DNA of 27,371 nucleotides from a virus (Duplodnaviria; Heunggongvirae; Uroviricota; Caudoviricetes): IMG/VR virus record IMGVR_UViG_2617270978_000023; one strand, 5' to 3'. Shown piece by piece: positions 25,756 to 27,371 of this stretch (position 1 is its first letter; each line of letters starts with the position of its first letter). The notes under the pieces were generated by a model. It saw only the letters and a program-made list of their open reading frames with translations, ran no database searches and was not told where the DNA came from. The position numbers and the translations under genes were made by a program.

Positions 25756-26409
25756 TTACTATAACGTCGGTGATATCACGTTCGTGAAGGGGTATCCGCA
25801 TTACGACTGGCCTGCCACTTATGCTGTCTCTTTATTCATCAACAATTTGTATACGGTTACATATTTAATTGTGAAGTTAGTCACAAAAAGAAGAAAGTCA
25901 AATAATCAAATTGTGCTTAACTGTTTACATCAGCACAATCTGATGACCATTGAAGGACGCACTAAATTATTTTCAGCAACCCCTCAGCCTACGAAAATTC
26001 TGTATTTGATGATTGTTTTATTTGCTCTCTTTTTATGCAGCCATTCTGTTGCTTATAAAAAAGCACCACTATCTCATGTATGATTTCTGGGTCTGTCGCC
26101 TCCCCGTTTTTCACTTACAGATGCCGGGCAATATTCAGTTGCCGGAATAAGCAGTTACCATTCAATACGAAAATCCTGTATTGCATCCGCGCCCTCATAT
26201 CAATATCTTTGTCGCCGGATAAAAATAACTATCAACCACAAGTATCATGCTCTCGGTGAGCACGCACTCCCCGGTTTTTTTCTTTGACAGGGGTGAAGGA
26301 GGCTATTGTGCCTCCTTAAATTTTTATTACCGAATAATTTGCCTCAACCAGGGTATTATTTAGCTGTAGATTTGTAGCAAGGGGCTATGGCTTGCCCCTC
26401 TCTTTTTTA

Positions 26410-27003
26410 TCAGCCGTCTGTGATACCGACTTTATACGCCAGTATAGCTTCCGCATCATCCAGCGCTTCAATCTCTTTTTTCATCGTGCGCTGTCTGACA
26501 TGAATTTCCAGACCTTTGGTAAACATCGCCTGCTCTGCAGCAGCACTCAGAGCAATCAGTGTTTCAGCGTCCATCGGTACGTCATTATTGTCCGCATCCG
26601 TCCAGAAAAACTGCTCCGGCAGTTTCCCCGCTTTCGCTGCCGCCACCGACGGCTCAAGACGCGTCTGCGTTGACTTCCCGTAGTCCCATTTACGCCCATT
26701 GTGCTCAAACGTGTAGTTCGCCGCTTCCATCGCATTACGCCAGGCGTTGATCTCATTAATTTTCTGTTGTCTGGCTTTTTCCACCGCATCTTCCGGTTGA
26801 GTATACGGCGCGATTTGACCATATTGACCTGAGTTCAGTGCCTGCCAGAGTTCTTTTCCATGAGGGGCTTCGTCCGTTGGTGTCGCCGTAAACGGAAGCC
26901 AGTCCGTCTCCTCCTCGTCAACTCCGGTGAGTTTCACCAGACAGTTGATACATCCCTGCCTGGTATATACCGGATCCTTAACCGCACTGATCGCTATTAT
27001 CAT
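26410..27003 (-). CDS. Tail fiber assembly/chaperone-like protein (197 aa)
   Basis: Lies 12 nt downstream of the tail-fiber gene with SD gagg. The segment FFWTDADNNDVPMDAETLIALSAAAEQAMF resembles recalled tail-fiber-chaperone signatures; position fits the usual stf-tfa pairing. Confidence 0.5.
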   Translation of the reverse strand: MIIAISAVKDPVYTRQGCINCLVKLTGVDEEETDWLPFTATPTDEAPHGKELWQALNSGQYGQIAPYTQPEDAVEKARQQKINEINAWRNAMEAANYTFEHNGRKWDYGKSTQTRLEPSVAAAKAGKLPEQFFWTDADNNDVPMDAETLIALSAAAEQAMFTKGLEIHVRQRTMKKEIEALDDAEAILAYKVGITDG

Positions 27004-27014
27004 GCCGTACCTCG

Positions 27015-27371
27015 TTACGCTATCCGCTGGAAAAGAGTAATAAAGTTAAACATCGAGTTCTTTCCTCCTTGCATTCCTTCTGGCATCAGATCAATATATG
27101 CGGCGGGTTTAAATGCCCGCCACACCCCCGGAATGTCCTCCTCCAGTTTCAAAAACCAGATTTGATTTGGTGTTGATGCGCCTGTTTGTGTTGTCTGTAT
27201 TGAAATCAGATCAATGGAGCTACCCTGAATATTTTCATATATCCCTGATGAAAATAAGCCTTCGCCGTCAGCATAGACAGAGGACACGCCAAAAACATAA
27301 GAACCAACCGCATATTTCCCGGTGGAAACATTGCCGTCCCTTCCGGCAACCCCCTGTGGGCCTGCCGGGCC
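27015..27371 (-). CDS. Tail fiber protein, C-terminal part with collagen-like Gly-X-Y repeats (partial; 5' end beyond the window)
   Basis: The reading frame stays open to the window edge. The first in-window residues are GPAGPQGVAGRDG (glycine every third residue), followed by a 100-aa C-terminal domain. Confidence 0.6.
   Translation of the reverse strand, partial: GPAGPQGVAGRDGNVSTGKYAVGSYVFGVSSVYADGEGLFSSGIYENIQGSSIDLISIQTTQTGASTPNQIWFLKLEEDIPGVWRAFKPAAYIDLMPEGMQGGKNSMFNFITLFQRIA

Noticed and set aside
1-27371. CRISPR arrays, tRNA or tmRNA genes, IS elements, or an integrase
   Set aside because: I saw no regularly spaced repeats, no cloverleaf-type candidates, no terminal inverted repeats flanking a transposase-like ORF, and no tyrosine or serine recombinase signature. 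Absence is judged by eye only.

Overview
The window spans a chromosome-to-prophage junction. Positions 1-2491 are host DNA: the 3' 2.4 kb of a Tat-exported DMSO-reductase-family molybdoenzyme (ynfF-like) and the first 28 codons of its 4Fe-4S partner ynfG. From about 2492 to the window end the DNA is prophage-like and mostly transcribed on the minus strand, with plus-strand cargo next to the junction. The cargo is two tandem AntA-type antirepressor paralogs, an overlapping PP-loop/PAPS-reductase-like plus ParB-like gene pair (ibrA/ibrB-like), and a convergent DUF4065/Panacea-like gene. The minus-strand block holds a giant 2787-aa ORF with two HExxH motifs, a four-gene module, an unannotated hok-family toxin, an Ail/Lom-like outer-membrane protein, an AT-rich two-gene islet, two large structural-looking proteins, a LuxR-like regulator, a YadA-type trimeric autotransporter (Eib-like), a tail-fiber-assembly-like gene and the 3' end of a collagen-repeat tail fiber. 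No integrase, tRNA, CRISPR array or IS element was seen. All product calls rest on motifs read by eye and recalled family signatures; no database search or computation was run. The most interesting candidates are the giant ORF with its downstream Panacea-like gene, the ibrAB-like pair, and the hok-like locus.
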